This document shows positions 59,770-64,000 of a stretch of DNA of 64,000 nt, piece by piece; position 1 is the stretch's first letter; the number at the start of each line of letters is the position of its first letter. This DNA comes from Bugula neritina (taxonomy: Eukaryota; Animalia; Bryozoa). A program made the translations under genes and the position numbers. The notes under the pieces were generated by a model. It made no database searches, was not told the origin of the DNA, and saw only the letters and a list, made by a program, of their open reading frames with translations. The stretch spans positions 30,334,628-30,398,627 of the forward strand of contig OZ037767.1 in NCBI GenBank assembly GCA_964035545.1. The letters are read 5' to 3'.

Positions 59770-62700
59770 TTAAGTTGAATGTGATTTCTAGTTCATTTAT
59801 ATTATAATATAGGTTCGGCGTGTAAGAAGTTGCCTGCTCTCTGCACTGTAGAGCATGCAACTCCAAATTTCGTTGTGTTGGTCTGCGTTAATTGCGCACG
59901 TTTGCTATAATGCTTCCGTAGTTATAATAATATGCAGAAGAGGGGTGGAGGTCTCTCAAAATATTAAGCTGCCATCTTGGTGATAACATACATGGCTGAT
60001 TGAAGAGTTCCTTTTAAATTTGTTGACCTGTGGCAACACATCATATGAGAGAGGTGTAAAGTAAATATTTACAAAGCAGAATTTTCAAAAGTAATAACTT
60101 GATTTTTGTTGACTTTTGCTTTGTAAATTGTGAAAGTCTTAGAAGTTATTGAGTGTCACAAGTTGTTATTTTTATCTGCCTATACTAAAATGTTTGCTCT
60201 AGGAACTTGCTTAATAAGATCATTGCTGTGGGTGCACACAACACCTAATAGCTTAATCATTATAATTATGATCAGCTGTATTTGTGTAAATTAATCTATA
60301 TGAATCACACCTTCTAAAGCATAATGTAACCCTACAGGATCCATGTGGTGGATTGAGCGTCCATAGAACTGCTTGTTGAACTTTGTACTATTATATATGA
60401 CTTTGCTACTATTTCTTTGGGAAGCTTTAGCTCTTACAACTAAATTTAGAGGCTTCAAACCTCCACATTCATTTGGTTAGCTGTGAAGTAATTTCAACTT
60501 TTATAAGTTTTGCTTTTGTGTGGACACATTTCCTAACAATTATTCTATAATGTTAGGGATTTGTTAGTAATTACCTATGTTAAAACAAAGTAATTGAAAT
60601 CAGGCTTTTAAGAAAAATATTTACAAATTGCTTCATACATTCAAATTCCTTAGACCTTTTCGTTAGGATTAATTTTCTACTGTATTAACATGTTTAACAA
60701 CATATAAACAACTTTGCTGTTATTTATGTTTGCCAAACAATCTCATCCAATCAACAAATGGCTTCTTTCAAGTCTAATAATCCAGGAGCTGTTCCCTCTT
60801 CTGATTGGTCCGTGGATACTAATTCCCACATTGTGTAAACATGCCATCATTCGCTGCTGTGGTGTGTGCCACATTCATACGGTTGATGTGCCAAAACCTT
60901 ACAACCATTTCTGTGCTCTAAACTAGAGGTAAGCTAGATCAAAACTCTAAATATTTGATTTAAAACAATTAGCAAAACATGACTTGGGTAGTTGTCAGTT
61001 ATAATTGTCAGGTACCGAAGCTAATTGGCCCCCTTCAGGTGTTGGTTTGGTTAGTGAATGGTATCTATATAGGGTTGAGTGTTGGAGGTGTTTGTTTAGG
61101 TATTTTTTGTTTACCTACAAGGCAGATTGGTGCTGAGTAGATACCCATTTACTGTATAACTTAAAAGCTTTATGAATGCATTGCTTGTTTTAATTATTGC
61201 TGCCGATAGTTGCATCTTGCAGTTAAGAGGGTGCTGACTTAGTTTTAATCTAAAAGCAGTAAAGAACTTTTGTGTGAAAGCTATTTTTAGCTTAGAGTTG
61301 CAAATGTGTTATATCTAATCTTATTAGCTTGCATCAAGATCTGAAAGTAGTTTGTTTACAATTCAAAGGTGTAAGTATTAGAAGTCTTTGTTTTATGCAT
61401 GATTATTTGTTTTTATTTTGAGTTTCATGGCATATTTACACCTTGAAGACATAATAGCCTAAGCCCTGCACATTTCTGTAAATATCTCTTTTGTGTGCAA
61501 TTATTTTATGTTTAACAACATTTGCAGTCAAGACAAATGCCTTCCTTTGTGTTGATAAGTGTATCGGAAAATGTGGAATATTTTGATATCCAATACCTTA
61601 TATTTAGACAAGTCACAGTTCTCGAGGTTGTACGTTGGGCTTCTTTCATTGAAATTGTTATTATTTTCCATGTAATTTGAGAGGTTAACTTGCTGTTTAG
61701 ATTGCATGCATCTCGCTATACATTTGAAACTTAAATTGTTCAATGCTTTTCAAACAGTTTATTACTCCAAAATCAATGCCATTAATTCGTCTTATCAATT
61801 GACATATTGTGCCTGCATGTTGTATAATGAATATTTAAGGTATAAGATTCTATGCTCTGCTTCCACTTAACTTATAGGTATAACTCAGACTACCAGCTTT
61901 ATCATATACTCAAGTTGTTACAGTGTGTATGATATCCATATAGTATTATACTGTATTTCACTTAGACACTTATACACAGTCAACATACACTGAGAGTATG
62001 CGGGTGGTGGAGATTGGACTCATTCTTTTATACACCTCCTTCCAGATTTCTGCAGGTAAGATTTTACTATAATAAGCTGTTAACAAATCATTACCTATAT
62101 TTGATATTATGTGTGAATTTAATAAAGATAATTTATGGTGCTGTACTTGGGCTGTGAACGCAATAGTGGAATTTTTTAAACAGGGCAACATTTTTATAGT
62201 GAGAAAAAATCCTTACGGAATGCTTCACGATGGTCAAGAGAAAGTGAAAACATAAAATAAAAAGTTCTATTTAAATTATTTTTTGACAATTTAAATAAAA
62301 CTTGACAGAATTTGCTGAAATCAGCACAAGAATCTCGTAGAAGTCAAAACTTGGCTTTAAATGCTGCACTGCAGCAGCAGCTAATTGAAATGATCATGTA
62401 ACGTACTAATGTGAATTATTGAATTTCTGTTAGCTTTCAGTTCTAAACATGGCCGGCACAGCTTCTAAATAGTGAGTGTGTTTAGCCCTAAAGGTTGTGC
62501 GGCTAATAGAGAAGATGTTGAGCCAACATAGCCTCTGGTGGAATGAGAAATTTGGTCCTTATTAATTAGATGTAGTGTGTATTATTGGTAATAATTGCGT
62601 GCCTGTGAGGAGCTTGTCTATCAGATATAATAATACATTATTCAGTAACAGCTACAATAATAAATGTAATTCTAGTGTAAGTGTGTGTATGTGTAACACT

Positions 62701-64000
62701 TGGCTAAATTGAAACATTGTTTGAATAAGGTGCAGAGGGGTTGATATAGGAATTAATATATAGGAATTACTCCAGTAGTGATAACGGTAGCTAATGAAGT
62801 GGTAGAGAAGATGAATTATTTGTTGCTGACTTAATGAAGCTAGAAGTCAATAAGTCAGCAGCCTTTAGAATTCATGTCAAGTGAAATGTCATCACTTGAC
62901 ATTAGCAGTGTGTTGTGTAGAAATAGAAACCTTTGAAGCTGTTGTGTGGTTTGGTTGACTTTTTATGTCTTCTGGTGAATTGGTACATGTGTAACAAAGG
63001 GAACTGTATGTGCTCTCTTGCTTTGGTGTCCCTTAGAACTTGTTTATCTCAACTGCAGGCTACATTTCTAGTTCTTTCTAGAATGTTCTATTTTGTTTTA
63101 AGACCGGTTTGAGCCACGAAGCCCTGGAACTGTCAGGTAACGGATTAGGTCTTTTTGACCGATATGACAAGTGTCCTTGGTCAGGGCGGTGGTCACTGGG
63201 GTATGCAATTCAGCTTTGTATAGTTTAATGTCATCATTAGACTAATACCAGTTTTATAAACATTTATAAAAAAAATACCGCTCTCCTAAGAGATTTCAGT
63301 AATCACTCCATATAGATAGTTATATACTGCAACAGTCTTATACACTATAATCATTCCGTCTAACCAATACAACCCCAGTGCCGCCGTCAGCGTAACATGC
63401 GCCAGCCTTGCAAAACAGAAGGTGTATTTATTCAGTTAATATTTAAATGTTGAATATCTTGCTAAGATGCTTAATGCTGCCCACCTTCCCCTTAAAGCTG
63501 CTGCCTAAGTGAAATGATTAGTCAAACAATTAACTGTTGCCGAATTATTTGTGAAAACTACACGCTGAGTATATAATTTCATTCTGAAAATGCAGCTGGA
63601 AGCTTATCTTAGTTTCATAATCTACAAAACAGCTGCGTAATATTACGATCCTTCTTTGGGGTTGCTATGGATATTAATAATGGGATTTCTTACTTCGAAA
63701 CAACCAATACTGGAAAATATTTGGTACAAACTAATTTTATCCCATGTCATAATAAAATGCTACAAATGTGTCAATCATAAAACCAGAAGACCTGAGGATA
63801 TTATTGATACCATAAATTAGTACCTCGTAATTATATATCTAACAGAGATGTGCCAACTCTCTATTGTACTGTAACAGTGATACGAATTAATGTGTGTGGT
63901 GTGCTACATACTAGACTTGTTTGTTAGGGCTTCGTGTAAATTATCCAATTACTGTGTTTGAGTTTGTCACCAAACTCATTAAGTTGTGAGATTGAGTGTC

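Noticed and set aside
60000-64000. Short ORFs and a possible small exon at 63103-63136
   Set aside because: No recognisable protein or consistent exon chain; may be the UTR or first intron of a gene beyond the window.

Overview
AT-rich, intron-rich invertebrate animal genomic DNA (a lophotrochozoan is my guess), not prokaryotic. Gene models were assembled by hand from GT/GC-AG junctions, and exon lengths of the complete models sum to whole codons. In order: 5'-truncated CPT1 (+), with two tandem alternative exons just after the catalytic His and one GC-AG intron; an atypical soluble guanylate cyclase (+; H-NOX/PAS/coiled-coil/cyclase, C-terminal CaaX) whose intron 7 holds an intact, very young Ty1/copia element (identical 272-bp LTRs, 5-bp TSD); two tandem paralogous genes I do not recognise, for secreted proteins with divergent N-terminal halves but nearly identical PAN/apple-like C-termini; EFHD2/swiprosin (-) with an intact DD35D pogo-type transposon in intron 2; and SLC25A11 (-) head-to-head with RPL10A (+). 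RPL10A introns carry a C/D snoRNA, an H/ACA snoRNA and a structured candidate autoregulatory splicing element. The last ~10 kb has no clear gene, only a Kolobok-like MITE and decayed fragments. Best leads for something undescribed: the variable-head/constant-tail secreted protein pair, an LTR containing a complete splice acceptor/stop/poly(A) cassette, the CPT1 alternative exons with flanking RNA hairpins, and the RPL10A intron-2 structure. No searches or folding programs were run.
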